From a virus, in IMG/VR virus record IMGVR_UViG_2862962057_000001, positions 442 to 64,441 of that record: DNA of 64,000 nucleotides; one strand, 5' to 3'. The translations under genes were made by a program, and so were the position numbers. This document shows, piece after piece, positions 1 to 11,046 of this stretch. The notes beneath the pieces were generated by a model. The model did no database searches, was not told the DNA's origin, and worked only from the letters and a program-made list of their open reading frames with translations. Position 1 is the stretch's first letter; every line of letters begins with the position of its first letter.

Positions 1-582
1 CGGTTTAAACGGCAAAGTGTCATTTTTATCAGCATTTTTCTAATAATAGGTTCAGTTTTCGGATCACAAATTGGGGTATATTTTTCACATATTTTGCCTA
101 AAAAAATATTTCCTTGGTGTTTTACACTTTTTGTATTACTAGTTATATGTTCTAGTCAAGTTTGGATTCCGTTAAGAAATGTAGATTTTAATGTTAGTTT
201 TTTAAAAGCTATATGTCTTATATTTATAGGCGTTGTTTCTGGTATTTTTTCAGGTATTTTAGGCGTTGGTGGCGGAGGAATTATAGTGCCATGCGTGCAA
301 CTTTTGCTCGGCATGGGAGACCTTATGGCAAGAGGAACTGCTTTGCTTGTCACGCTTCCTACAGTTATAAGTGGTAGTATTGCTAATGCTCGTTACCATT
401 ATACTCATTTTACTGAAGGAATTATTATCGGTATTTTTGCGACATTTACTGTAAACTTAGGAGCAATAATTGTGCGCAGTATTTCACCTTTTATATGCAA
501 TATATTGTTTTGTATTTTTTTGTTCAGTGTATGCTTACAAATGATATTAAAAACAGGTATTTTAGCTAAGAATAAGCGTTAA
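1..582 (+). CDS. Sulfite exporter TauE/SafE (TSUP) family membrane protein, 5' end outside the window
   Basis: Frame is open from base 1; GIFSGILGVGGGGIIVP motif; multiple hydrophobic helices. Confidence 0.8.
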   Translation, partial: RFKRQSVIFISIFLIIGSVFGSQIGVYFSHILPKKIFPWCFTLFVLLVICSSQVWIPLRNVDFNVSFLKAICLIFIGVVSGIFSGILGVGGGGIIVPCVQLLLGMGDLMARGTALLVTLPTVISGSIANARYHYTHFTEGIIIGIFATFTVNLGAIIVRSISPFICNILFCIFLFSVCLQMILKTGILAKNKR

Positions 583-631
583 ATATGTAAAGTCTTTGAC
601 TTTTATTTATTTGAAAAAATAGTTTTGAATA

Positions 632-661
632 TAAAAAGTGGGGCTTAGATTTAAGCCCCAC
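632..661 (-). terminator. Intrinsic terminator downstream of cadD
   Basis: GTGGGGCTTA/TAAGCCCCAC stem with an adjacent A-run on the + strand. Confidence 0.65.
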
Positions 662-830
662 GATATAGGAGAATGTTATAAAGTAACTTTTTACAATTAT
701 GCCATTTGAGTAACATCTCTTTTTGCTTGTATAAATTTTATTATCATGTTTTTTGCGTGATAAATAATTACGCAAACTATACTGTATATCCTCACTTCAC
801 AAGGCGGGTGCAAAAGGGAAGGAAATGAAT

Positions 831-1463
<633 letters not shown>

Positions 1464-1478
1464 AAATTTTTTAGACAA

Positions 1479-1705
1479 GGGTGTGCAAAGTGGGTGCACT
1501 TTTTAACGTTAACATCCTGTGCACTCTACCCTAAAGCGTTGATATCTTCCCTCATACAGAAAAATCGCACTCAAAAATCACGAGAACACAGCTTAAAGCC
1601 GCTTCGCATTAAACCTTTTAACGATAGCCCTCGCTAACCCCTGCTACACAAGGGCAAATTTGCACCCACCTATTAAGCCTTTGACATCAACACGACACTC
1701 TCCAC
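1479..1705 (-). repeat. att-arm repeat, copy 1, with rumA-like tail VESVVLMSKA* (1673-1705)
   Basis: Nearly identical to 13335-13565 and 16454-16656. Confidence 0.9.
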
Positions 1706-1743
1706 AATTAAGTGGAAAGATGTCATCCATCTACTGCCCATAT

Positions 1744-3141
1744 TCAATTAAGCGGTATCGTTAGAGATACCTTAAACCCACCGTATTTGCTTCTACTTAT
1801 ATCAACTGTTCCATTATGAGCGCCAATAATCTGCTGAACAATCAGCAAACCCAAACCATGCCGTTGCTCTGCAGTACTTGTATCACAAATCATATAGTGC
1901 GGTTCATGATTAAGCTTTTCGATTTTTTCATCTGAAACACCTATACCGTTATCTTCAACACAAATAATACAATTATTATTATTTGCAGCAACGGATACAT
2001 AAATCGTACACCCATTTTCATTATGAGATATGCTGTTCTGAATAAGATTAGATATTGCTCGTTTTAATAAATCTTTGTCTACATTAATATTGCAAACAGT
2101 CAATTCTGCGTCCGTTTCCCATTTAATCGAAAACTCATCTTGCATACCCATATTCATAAAATCCACAACAACTTGCCTAACAACAGCAACAACATTTTCT
2201 TCTTTTTTCATAATTGGTTGCATATTGTATTCAAGTTTTGAAGCCAAATTAAGGTCATTAATCAAATTCTTCATTCTTGCACTTTGCTTAATAATCATCG
2301 TCGCTTTTTTACGATCTTCTTGCGAAATATGTAGAGAATTTTCTAACTGTCCCGCATATCCCATAACCATAGATAACGGCGTACGAATATCATGCGAAAC
2401 CCCAGCTATCCAATTTGCTCTTGCAGTCTCCCTTTTTCTCAATTGTTCTTTTTGTATTTGCAAAATATCGGAGGCAGAATTTATGTTAGATGAAATTTCT
2501 GAAAGCGCTCCTGTTTCTGGAATATGCACGCTTTCTCCACTAGATAAACGTTGTATCCCTTTTGTAATCGGATTAATTGATTTTAGTAGTTTTATATTAG
2601 CTATTAAATAAATTCCAAGAATCAGCAAAATGTTGATAAATAATACGCTTAAAACAATCTGCGGAAAATTTGAGATTAAACTGTAGTTCCAACTTGGTCG
2701 CGTATGTTTCCAAAAGCTGTTGTGCGGAAATCCGACTACAACAACTCCATCCTTATTTTTGCCAGTGTAAGTTGGATAACCATCAATGTAACCAACGCTC
2801 AAATTAGCTATATCAGACAAAGTATAGTTATTTGGAATACCCGCAGGGACATTTTCTGTTTTCCATACGACTTTCAACGTATTATTATCAATCAGAATTG
2901 CCCATGCGCCAGAATTTGTCAATTTGGAAGACATATTTTTGGATAATGCATAATCCCCACTTGCGGATAATTGTAATGCTTCTCCCGTCTCTTTTGCTAT
3001 GCTATAAGGAGACATCTCTTCATCGGGAGCGTAAGTTCCTATAAGTACAATAAACGCAATAATATTCATTAATACTATAAGCACAGAGCTTAGTAGAAAA
3101 ATACTTATGAAGCGTCGTATTAGTTTTGGTATGCTTTTCAT
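1744..3141 (-). CDS. Sensor histidine kinase
   Basis: Two TM helices; H-box SHDIRTPL; N, G1 (DNGIG) and G2 (GLGL) boxes. Confidence 0.95.
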   Translation of the reverse strand: MKSIPKLIRRFISIFLLSSVLIVLMNIIAFIVLIGTYAPDEEMSPYSIAKETGEALQLSASGDYALSKNMSSKLTNSGAWAILIDNNTLKVVWKTENVPAGIPNNYTLSDIANLSVGYIDGYPTYTGKNKDGVVVVGFPHNSFWKHTRPSWNYSLISNFPQIVLSVLFINILLILGIYLIANIKLLKSINPITKGIQRLSSGESVHIPETGALSEISSNINSASDILQIQKEQLRKRETARANWIAGVSHDIRTPLSMVMGYAGQLENSLHISQEDRKKATMIIKQSARMKNLINDLNLASKLEYNMQPIMKKEENVVAVVRQVVVDFMNMGMQDEFSIKWETDAELTVCNINVDKDLLKRAISNLIQNSISHNENGCTIYVSVAANNNNCIICVEDNGIGVSDEKIEKLNHEPHYMICDTSTAEQRHGLGLLIVQQIIGAHNGTVDISRSKYGGFKVSLTIPLN

Positions 3142-3147
3142 TCTGCT

Positions 3148-3849
3148 TTACTCCACAATCAGCTTATATCCTAAGCCTTTAACTGTTATTAAAGAAACAG
3201 GCTGCGATGGATTGAGTTCTATTTTTTCTCTGATACGACGTATATGTGCCATTAAAGCATTTTCATATCCAAAAGGATTAGCTCCCCATGTAGCTTCACA
3301 TAACGCGTCAATTGTTACAATGCATCCAGCATTTCTATAAAGTGCAGAAAGTAAATCATATTCTTTGGCTGTGAGTGGAATATGTTCGTTATTTTTTATT
3401 ACTTGGGCAGAAGAAAAATCAATCTGACTATTTTTCAGTTTAACAATGGGATTTTCGCTCTTGTAGCTTCGTCTTAAAATTGCCATAATGCGAAACGTTA
3501 GCTCTTTTGGAAGAAACGGCTTTACAATATAATCGTCTGCTCCTAAGTCAAATCCCTTAAACTTATCTTCATCTTCACCGCAAGCAGTAAGGAATAAAAT
3601 AGGACAATCACTATATTGTTTTATCTGCTTCATTAGCTCAAACCCATTACCGTCGGGGAGCATAACATCAAGGATTGCTAATTCTGGACGCAATTTTTGT
3701 GTTGCCTCTACTGCATCTTTTATACTTTTTGCAGTCGTTATATTATAAAAACCGTATTCGTTTAATATGGATACAACCATATCTAGAAGTTCCTGCTCAT
3801 CATCAACAAGTAGCAGATGCTTGTTCAATAAATAATCATTCCGATTCAT
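3148..3849 (-). CDS. OmpR-family response regulator
   Basis: LLVDDE, LDVMLP, GADDYIVKPF and TVKGLGYK motifs; likely start MNRNDY. Confidence 0.95.
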   Translation of the reverse strand: MNRNDYLLNKHLLLVDDEQELLDMVVSILNEYGFYNITTAKSIKDAVEATQKLRPELAILDVMLPDGNGFELMKQIKQYSDCPILFLTACGEDEDKFKGFDLGADDYIVKPFLPKELTFRIMAILRRSYKSENPIVKLKNSQIDFSSAQVIKNNEHIPLTAKEYDLLSALYRNAGCIVTIDALCEATWGANPFGYENALMAHIRRIREKIELNPSQPVSLITVKGLGYKLIVE

Positions 3850-3988
3850 GGAGAACCCCCTAACATATATTATGCCATGTGAATGTTCATTTTTTGACCT
3901 CGCATAAAAATGTAAGGTAGATGTAAGGTGAAGAGAATGTTGTAGAAAGGTTGACGCAATATCGTAAATCCTGAAAGGAGATATTGCC

Positions 3989-4753
3989 ATGAACAATATT
4001 GTTACAACAGAACATTTAACAAAAAAATATAAGTCATTTATTGCTGTTAATGATGTTTCACTTCATATTCGCAAAGGTAGCATTTACGGCTTTCTTGGGC
4101 CAAATGGAGCTGGAAAATCTACAACAATGAAAATGCTCCTAGGGCTTACGGCTCCAACAAAAGGTGTATTTACAATAGACGGAAAGCAGTTTCCTGCCGA
4201 TCGCATACCTATTTTGAAAGAAATAGGCTCATTTATTGAATCACCATCTTTCTATGCAAATCTAACAGGTAGAGAAAATCTTGACATTATACGTCGCATT
4301 TTAGAACTACCTAAGAGTGCAGTTGATGACGCATTAGAATTAGTGGGTCTTTCTGAGTTTGCAGACCGTCTTGCAAAAAAATATTCGCTTGGCATGAAGC
4401 AAAGGCTTGGTCTTGCTGGAGCATTGCTTGGTAGACCACCTATTTTGATTTTAGATGAGCCAACAAATGGACTCGATCCATCTGGCATACATGAAATCCG
4501 AAATCTGATTAAGTCACTGCCAGATCTTTACGATTGCACGATTCTTATTTCTTCTCATATGCTATCCGAAATTGAGCTTATTGCAGATGATATTGGAATA
4601 CTTAATCACGGACACTTGTTATTTGAAGGTAGTTTAGATGAACTACGACAGCATGCATTACGATCTGGTTTTGCTTCCGACAATTTGGAAGATATGTTCC
4701 TATCCATGATTGATGAAGACAATAAGATCAGGAAGCAGAGTGCAAGACTATGA
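3989..4753 (+). CDS. ABC transporter ATP-binding subunit (BcrA/LanF-like)
   Basis: GPNGAGKS, YSLGMKQRL, LDEPTNGLD; GGAG SD. Confidence 0.92.
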   Translation: MNNIVTTEHLTKKYKSFIAVNDVSLHIRKGSIYGFLGPNGAGKSTTMKMLLGLTAPTKGVFTIDGKQFPADRIPILKEIGSFIESPSFYANLTGRENLDIIRRILELPKSAVDDALELVGLSEFADRLAKKYSLGMKQRLGLAGALLGRPPILILDEPTNGLDPSGIHEIRNLIKSLPDLYDCTILISSHMLSEIELIADDIGILNHGHLLFEGSLDELRQHALRSGFASDNLEDMFLSMIDEDNKIRKQSARL

Positions 4754-5475
4754 AAACGCTTGTAATCGAACTAAAAAAATGCAAGAGAACTGGCTTTATA
4801 GCTCTTATGATTGCTATTGGAGTTATGGGAGCAGCATACGCTTTTGTGAATTTTATTGTACGAAAAAATACATTATTAAACCTGCCTTTAGCTCCTATGG
4901 ATATTCTTCTCACACAGCTTTACGGCATGATTATGGTGTTAAACATGTTCGGCATAATAGTCGCAGCATGCATTATCTACAACATGGAATTTAAGGGAAA
5001 TGCAGTAAAAAGGATGCATATGCTGCCTATGAGCGTTCCTGCTATGTACCTATGCAAATTTATGCTGCTGACTGTTCTATTACTAATCGTTATTTGCATA
5101 CAAAATTTAGCACTTGCAAAAATCGGTGTAACAGATTTGCCACAAGGCACGTTTAATGTAAGTACTCTTATATCTTTTGCTGCATATTCATTTATTACGT
5201 CAATGCCTGTATTGTCCTTTATGATTTTTGTATCATCACGATTTGAAAACATGTGGGTAACGCTTGGAATTGGTGTAGCAGGATTTTTAAGCGGCATGGC
5301 ATTGGCTTCTTCAGACATTGTGCTTTTTATGGCATCACCTTTTATAGTTATGCTAAAACCAGCAGTTGCCATGAGCGCGCAACCTAATACTACGGTCGTA
5401 ATCGTATCCATAGTTGAAACACTTCTGTTTTTATGTTCTGGATTGTGGGCGGCTAAGAACCTGCACTATGAATAA
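4750..5475 (+). CDS. ABC-2 permease (LanE/LanG-like immunity)
   Basis: ELKKCKRT N-terminus, about 6 TM helices, ATGA coupling to the ATPase gene. Confidence 0.85.
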   Translation: MKTLVIELKKCKRTGFIALMIAIGVMGAAYAFVNFIVRKNTLLNLPLAPMDILLTQLYGMIMVLNMFGIIVAACIIYNMEFKGNAVKRMHMLPMSVPAMYLCKFMLLTVLLLIVICIQNLALAKIGVTDLPQGTFNVSTLISFAAYSFITSMPVLSFMIFVSSRFENMWVTLGIGVAGFLSGMALASSDIVLFMASPFIVMLKPAVAMSAQPNTTVVIVSIVETLLFLCSGLWAAKNLHYE

Positions 5476-5482
5476 GGAAATT

Positions 5483-6253
5483 ATGAAAATGAGATTTTTT
5501 GAACTTTTTAGAATCGAATTTAAGAAAGTAAAGCGTAGTAAAATTATTCCTTTGATTTTTATTGCGCCATTACTTGTGGTTGGATCTGGTGTAGCAAGCC
5601 TTCATAGCTACTTCACTCCAGAATATACACACGCATGGGCTGCTATGTTTATTCAAAGCGCATTAGTCTACTCATATTATCTGCTTCCGCTTAGTATGAT
5701 TGTTATTTGCGTGATGATTGCAGGACGAGAAACAAGCAATAACGGAATACTAAAAATGCTGGCACTGCCTGTTAGCAGATACGCGATTTCTGCTGCAAAA
5801 TTTTGCGTACTGCTATTTTATTTGCTTATGGAAATGGTCGTATTTTTTGCTGTTTTCGTTATAGCAGGATTGTTTGCAACCAGTAGCACAGGAGTTACAG
5901 AAACGCTCCCAATTATGTATCTGCTAAAATGGTGTTTAGATCTGTTTTTGACTATGATTCCAAGCGTAATAGTCATGTGGGCGATTACTGTGCTTTTTGA
6001 AAAGTCAATGTTATCCATTGGATTAAATATACTTCTTGTAATTCCTGGCGTATTAATAGCAAATACTCCACTTTGGATAGTTTATCCTTATTGTTACAGC
6101 GGATATATGGTTTCCCGCTCTCTACATGCAGTTACATCAACAGGATTAGGAAACGGCTTTAATCTTATACCATTTTTGCCATGTGCAATTGCAATATCTG
6201 TGTTTGTATTTTTGATTACAATAACACAATTTGGTAAAAAAGAAATGAGATAA
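5483..6253 (+). CDS. ABC-2 permease (LanE/LanG-like immunity)
   Basis: EFKKVKRS N-terminus, LALPVSR..AK motif, about 6 TM helices. Confidence 0.85.
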   Translation: MKMRFFELFRIEFKKVKRSKIIPLIFIAPLLVVGSGVASLHSYFTPEYTHAWAAMFIQSALVYSYYLLPLSMIVICVMIAGRETSNNGILKMLALPVSRYAISAAKFCVLLFYLLMEMVVFFAVFVIAGLFATSSTGVTETLPIMYLLKWCLDLFLTMIPSVIVMWAITVLFEKSMLSIGLNILLVIPGVLIANTPLWIVYPYCYSGYMVSRSLHAVTSTGLGNGFNLIPFLPCAIAISVFVFLITITQFGKKEMR

Positions 6254-6395
6254 CAAAAGATACTAAATAACAATGCAGAGAAATAACAAATGCAGACGTG
6301 AACCTAAAAACCCGTCTAACACAACACTGTTTGTTTGCATGCTTTGTTTAATAAGATAAGCAATCAGTAAAACAAACACACACCCTTGTCTAAAT

Positions 6396-6608
6396 TGATA
6401 TGCACCCTCTTTACTGAACAAGACCAGTAAGGAGGGTATTTTTATGCGCTATAGTTTTAAATTCAAATTGGAAAGTGAATATATAGATTACTACAACAAT
6501 TGCAGGATCCAGAAGAAAACAAAATGGATGCATCCCGTAAGGTACAGGATGGCATCCATTTGTTAACCCCGTGTCAAAACATGTGTCCAGTTTTCTGGGT
6601 ACATATCA
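6396..6608 (+). mobile_element. Internally deleted IS3-family element (MITE-like, 213 bp)
   Basis: TG...CA ends with IRs TGATATGCACCC/GGGTACATATCA; mini-ORF joins OrfA start MRYSFKFKLE to OrfB end EYIDYYNNCRIQKK. Confidence 0.8.
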
Positions 6609-6744
6609 ACCCAAGCAACTAGAGCACGCAAATATGGATTCTACTATCTGGCAATCACTATCTGGCAATCTTCAGATACTCTTCGATTTTGGCATCCAAC
6701 GATTCTGACATACAACCAATCTGCCCTACTACCAATCAACCCTA

Positions 6745-8028
6745 CTACCAATATGCCATACTGCTCTTTGCAATTAGTCCAGTGCTATATTCATAAGTAT
6801 AGGTGTTCTGCATATGAGCATCACTCGGTGACCAGCTTCCGTTTGAAGATTTTGAAGCCTTAAACAGAATATAAAGACCACATTTTCCATCCTGAGAGTC
6901 CCTGTTATACTGCAGATAAGTAATGTCCGAACGGCTTTCACTCAGAACAAAATACATATCCCCCTTGGCGGTATAGTTCTCCTTGAACGCAAAGCCTTTC
7001 GCCGCAAAATACTTATCAAATATCTTAATCGCTGCATTTCTTTCCCTCTTTGATTCTAAATCACGCTCAGCGGCATCATGCAAATCGTAATTTTTATCTG
7101 GCTCTTCAGCCTTTAATCTTGTATCTTTTAATCTTGTATCTTTCCTGTTATTGCAATCTATTCTGCTATACCACTCAGATTCACTTATTTTTGGATCAGT
7201 ATCACTTGAATCTTTCATTGGCCGAAGATACTTAAGGAAAAATGGGCCTTCAGACTTATAAAGATAATACTCAAAAGGAGCATACATATCATCCACGTGC
7301 TCTGTGTATGTACCATTATCATTTTGTTTCACAGAATATCTGCCAACAATAAACAAAACGTCAAAAAATCCAAGACCTAAGATAATCAGCACACAAAGCA
7401 GAACATGTAGACAACGAAGTACAATTCTTATACCTATCTTCCGTACGAGTGAGATAAGATAGAGATTATAGAAGACACATACAAGAGCAATCGTAATCAT
7501 CCAAACAACTGGCATTGCCGCGCATATAACATACGCCCAAGTCTGCAAAAGCCACTGATTTGGAAGACGTACCGCAGTTATTCCAAAGAATGCAGTTAGA
7601 ATACCACTTAACACAAAAAAGCAACAAAGAATCAGCGAGATTCTACCCTTCCACCGTTGCTTGCCATAGCTAAGAAAAGATTTATTACGCTCTACATTTG
7701 CACTCCTAAAACGACTATGTATATTGCGCTGCCAAATAACACAAATAACCCAAATAAGAGAAACTCCAACAAGAAACAGAATTGCAAAACAATAGGTGAT
7801 CCATCCAAAAAGCTGTAGCTTATTGGACGCCATAAAAGCAGTTCCAACAATAATTAAGATGGAAAAGATTTCCGCGCTCAGCCGCAAAACCTTATACTTT
7901 GGCAATTCCTTATTTGCACTGTTAAGGTTCTCACATATTTGCTCATGTGATTCACAATATAGTGGATTTTTCTCCTCTCTGGGAGTATGTTCCTGCTTTT
8001 CCTTCTCTTTAATCGATGAATCTGACAT
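6745..8028 (-). CDS. Hypothetical multi-pass membrane protein with soluble C-terminal domain
   Basis: Long ORF, about 5 TM segments, internal KDTRL tandem duplication. Confidence 0.75.
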   Translation of the reverse strand: MSDSSIKEKEKQEHTPREEKNPLYCESHEQICENLNSANKELPKYKVLRLSAEIFSILIIVGTAFMASNKLQLFGWITYCFAILFLVGVSLIWVICVIWQRNIHSRFRSANVERNKSFLSYGKQRWKGRISLILCCFFVLSGILTAFFGITAVRLPNQWLLQTWAYVICAAMPVVWMITIALVCVFYNLYLISLVRKIGIRIVLRCLHVLLCVLIILGLGFFDVLFIVGRYSVKQNDNGTYTEHVDDMYAPFEYYLYKSEGPFFLKYLRPMKDSSDTDPKISESEWYSRIDCNNRKDTRLKDTRLKAEEPDKNYDLHDAAERDLESKRERNAAIKIFDKYFAAKGFAFKENYTAKGDMYFVLSESRSDITYLQYNRDSQDGKCGLYILFKASKSSNGSWSPSDAHMQNTYTYEYSTGLIAKSSMAYW

Positions 8029-8041
8029 TTTTCTGTTCCTA

Positions 8042-8338
8042 TCATCGTTCAAGCTCTTCAAAAACATCATCTATCGGATAACTATCACCTTGAACCGCCT
8101 GATCATAGCCTTTATCCATCAACGCGTTAAACGTTTTCTCATCCATATCATCTTGTGCTGGAAGCGACTTTGGAATAGTAAGCGAAAACGGAATACCGTT
8201 ATTAAGAATGATTTGACGATAAAACATGTCAATAGCAGTAGCCCTAGTAATTCCAATAGTTTCCAGAATCTGCTCCGCCTGCTGCTTAATATTTTCTTGT
8301 ATTCTCACATTAACATTCGCTGTTTTAGTAACTGCCAT
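8042..8338 (-). CDS. RelB/DinJ family antitoxin (orphan)
   Basis: TANVNVRI...KQQAEQIL...AIDMFYRQI...GIPF pattern. Confidence 0.85.
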   Translation of the reverse strand: MAVTKTANVNVRIQENIKQQAEQILETIGITRATAIDMFYRQIILNNGIPFSLTIPKSLPAQDDMDEKTFNALMDKGYDQAVQGDSYPIDDVFEELER

Positions 8339-8468
8339 ATCAACCAATCTCCATGCACACATCGTAAAATACTGTATCGCATATTGCAATACAATTTACA
8401 TGAATAGGATGTCTCGACTGATATATACGCTTTCAACATTCTCACTAATAATTTAGTGCAAAATACCA

Positions 8469-8903
8469 CTATTTCTTCTTATACCCTACAGCAACATTAC
8501 CTGTTTTATTAAGTCCTGGTACTTTAAGAACATTAGAGCTTGGCTTGTCTTTTAAATCAAATTTACCAACTAAAAATAAAGCTTTAAGCCCTGAACTAGG
8601 CAAATTAAACTGTGAGTCAACTAATTTGATGGGCTTATCTCCAAGAGTGACTTTAGACAAATCATAATGAGAATCAAGAATATCTCGTGACACAAAGAGA
8701 TACAATTCACCTTTATTCATGTAATCGTCTGGTAGGCGATATTCTTTCTGAGATACCTCTACCGTTTCCCAATGATACGACGCAAGCTCCGCCTTCTCCT
8801 CATCATCAGCACATGCAGAAAGAGAAAAGAGAGAACCTAGCAGCAGAAGCATAACAAGACAACTTTGAAAAATGTTTTTACAAAAAATAGTTTTACTCCT
8901 CAT
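8469..8903 (-). CDS. Putative lipoprotein
   Basis: Signal peptide with LSAC lipobox; GGAGG SD. Confidence 0.75.
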   Translation of the reverse strand: MRSKTIFCKNIFQSCLVMLLLLGSLFSLSACADDEEKAELASYHWETVEVSQKEYRLPDDYMNKGELYLFVSRDILDSHYDLSKVTLGDKPIKLVDSQFNLPSSGLKALFLVGKFDLKDKPSSNVLKVPGLNKTGNVAVGYKKK

Positions 8904-9374
8904 AACACCACTAGCCTCCTTTTCGTTAACACGACTCTGTATCAAATGATTATAAAACAGACTATTAAGTAAACAAAATCTACCATTCGCTCTGATTACT
9001 TTAATAATCTTAATAAATATCCTATTTTTTTATTAATTTGTCTAGACTATCGACACTAATTTCTTCATTTACTAGCAAACTATACTCTTTCATAAACAGC
9101 AAAATTCGAAGAAACAGAAGAACCAACATAATCACGCGCGTTTAACGCCTCCAACAATATTCCCTCATAAACGAAGCAATCACCTGCAAATCTTCACCCT
9201 CATAATACTCAACAAGCAACTTCTTAAACTCAGGAACCTTATTTTCTGGAATAACCAACAAGCCTTTACAGTGAGAAATCAAATAATGTAGGGAACTTTT
9301 TTACGATTATTCCACCGATTTGTTCCCCAAAACATAAGCAACTAAATCGCACAACTACTCGACAGCAAGATCAC

Positions 9375-9449
9375 GCTCAAAAACCACAAGAACCCAGCTT
9401 AAAGCCGCTTCGCATTAAACCTTTTAACGATAGCCCTCGCTAAGCTTTG
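9375..9449 (-). repeat. Partial att-arm repeat
   Basis: Matches 16516-16586 (GCTCAAAAACC...TTAAACCTTTTAACGATAGCCCTCGCTAA). Confidence 0.85.
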
Positions 9450-9517
9450 CTACACAAAGCCTAAAACGCAGCAACTAGACTGTACGCAAATAGGTATCAT
9501 CAAAACGATATCTTGAT

Positions 9518-9597
9518 TCAGTGCGATTTGTAAAGGAGCGCCACTGATTCTGTATGGATTGAGTGAACGGGTAGTATATTTACACTTTTTTGAGTGC
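9518..9597 (-). repeat. att junction: phage-type arm (9557-9597) joined to rumA-like tail HTESVALLYKSH* (9518-9556)
   Basis: 9557-9597 matches 16657-16697, and the similarity stops at the His codon. Confidence 0.7.
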
Positions 9598-9665
9598 CAA
9601 GCCACTGATATAATTGTAATCTTGATAAGATTATGATACTTTTTTGATAAAAGGAGGTTAATAAA

Positions 9666-9923
9666 ATGATTAATATTCGCCCAGTTTCCGATTTAAGAAA
9701 TAAATTCCCAGAAGTAGAAGAAACAGTTATAAATTCAAATACACCAGTATTCCTTACAAAAAATGGTTATGGGACTATGGTTCTCATGAGCATCAAACAA
9801 TACTCCACTCTCACTGACGACACCGAAAGAAAACTCGACGAAGCAGATACTTTTGCCGCAAACACTTCTACGCGTCTTTCTAAAGCTGACGTCTTTGATA
9901 GCGTAAGGAGAAGGATTAATTAA
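9666..9923 (+). CDS. Phd/YefM family antitoxin (orphan)
   Basis: IRPVSDLRN...PVFLTKNGYG.MVLMS; AAGGAGG SD. Confidence 0.9.
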   Translation: MINIRPVSDLRNKFPEVEETVINSNTPVFLTKNGYGTMVLMSIKQYSTLTDDTERKLDEADTFAANTSTRLSKADVFDSVRRRIN

Positions 9924-10095
9924 CACGAGAACACCCCTACTACAGGATTAGCGTACGCAACTTTTCTGTTTTTTACGTTGTCTTGGGCGACACTATGGAA
10001 GTGCGCAGACTTCTATATTCAAAACGAAATATTGACGCACTACTGGAATAACTATTCCTAATAACTATCATTATTTTATGTTAACGATTATTAAA

Positions 10096-10147
10096 AAAGC
10101 TATCGTTAAAAGGTTTAAGATTGGCTTAATAGCTTGATTCTTGAGTG
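10096..10147 (-). repeat. Partial copy of the prophage terminal arm
   Basis: AAAGCTATCGTTAAAAGGTTTAAGATTGGCTTAATAGCTTGATT also occurs at 16735-16778. Confidence 0.85.
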
Positions 10148-10157
10148 CAAAATACTA

Positions 10158-10476
10158 CTATTTCTTCTTATAACCTACAGCAACATTACCTGTTTTATTA
10201 ATCCCTGGTACTTTAAGAACATCAGAACTTGACTTATCTTTTAAATCAAATTTTCCAACTAAAAATAAAGCTTTAAGTCCTGGACCAGGTAAATTGAACG
10301 ATGAGTCAACTAATTTGATTGGCTTATCTCCAAGAGTGACTTTAGACAAATCATAATTAGAATCAAGAATGTCTCGTGACACAAAGAGATACAACTTATC
10401 TTTATTCATATAGTTTTCTGGTATACGAAACTCTTCTTGAGATGCCGCTACTGTTTCCCAATGATACGACGCAAGC
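10158..10476 (-). pseudogene. 5'-truncated paralog of the 8469-8903 lipoprotein
   Basis: LASYHWET...GNVAVGYKKK is highly similar; signal peptide missing, and the fragment abuts the KilA-N stop codon. Confidence 0.8.
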
Positions 10477-11021
10477 TTATTGCAATTTTTTAATTGATTC
10501 ACTTTCAGATAGTATCCTCATTTGTTCAATAGCTATTGCATTTAATTTCTCCAATCTTTCAGATTGACTCATACCTTCATTTATAAATACCGCATTAAGA
10601 TTCTCAAGATTAGAAAGGCAAACAAGCTGAGATATATCTGCATAATCTCTAATATTGCCTTTTAAATCCGGATTTTCATCACGCCACTCTTTAGCTGTTA
10701 TTCCAAATAAAGAAACATTAAGAATATCCGCTTCATTTGCATAAATAAAATTGATTTCCCCACCCATTGCTTAACAGATAATATAAAACGGTTAAGTCCT
10801 GCTTCATTTTTAATTCCCTCGAATTCGGTGGAATTAAAATTCGTGTTATACATTTCTTCCCACATACCTAAAAACTCTATCGTATTCTTATTCCTAAGCC
10901 ACTTTTCAATCAAAGCAGAACCGTTATCAATATTTCTAACCATATCCGTTAAAGAAATATAATCTCTATTGTCAATGGCAATAATACTGATTTCTGAACC
11001 TTCAACATTTATTTTAGACAC
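10477..11021 (-). pseudogene. KilA-N domain protein with internal deletion and frameshift near 10765
   Basis: DYISLTD...WLRNKNTIEFLG N-part and YANEADILNV..FG..AKEWR C-part lie in different frames; the middle appears missing. Confidence 0.75.
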
Positions 11022-11046
11022 GTAATCACCTCTCAATCATCCAATT

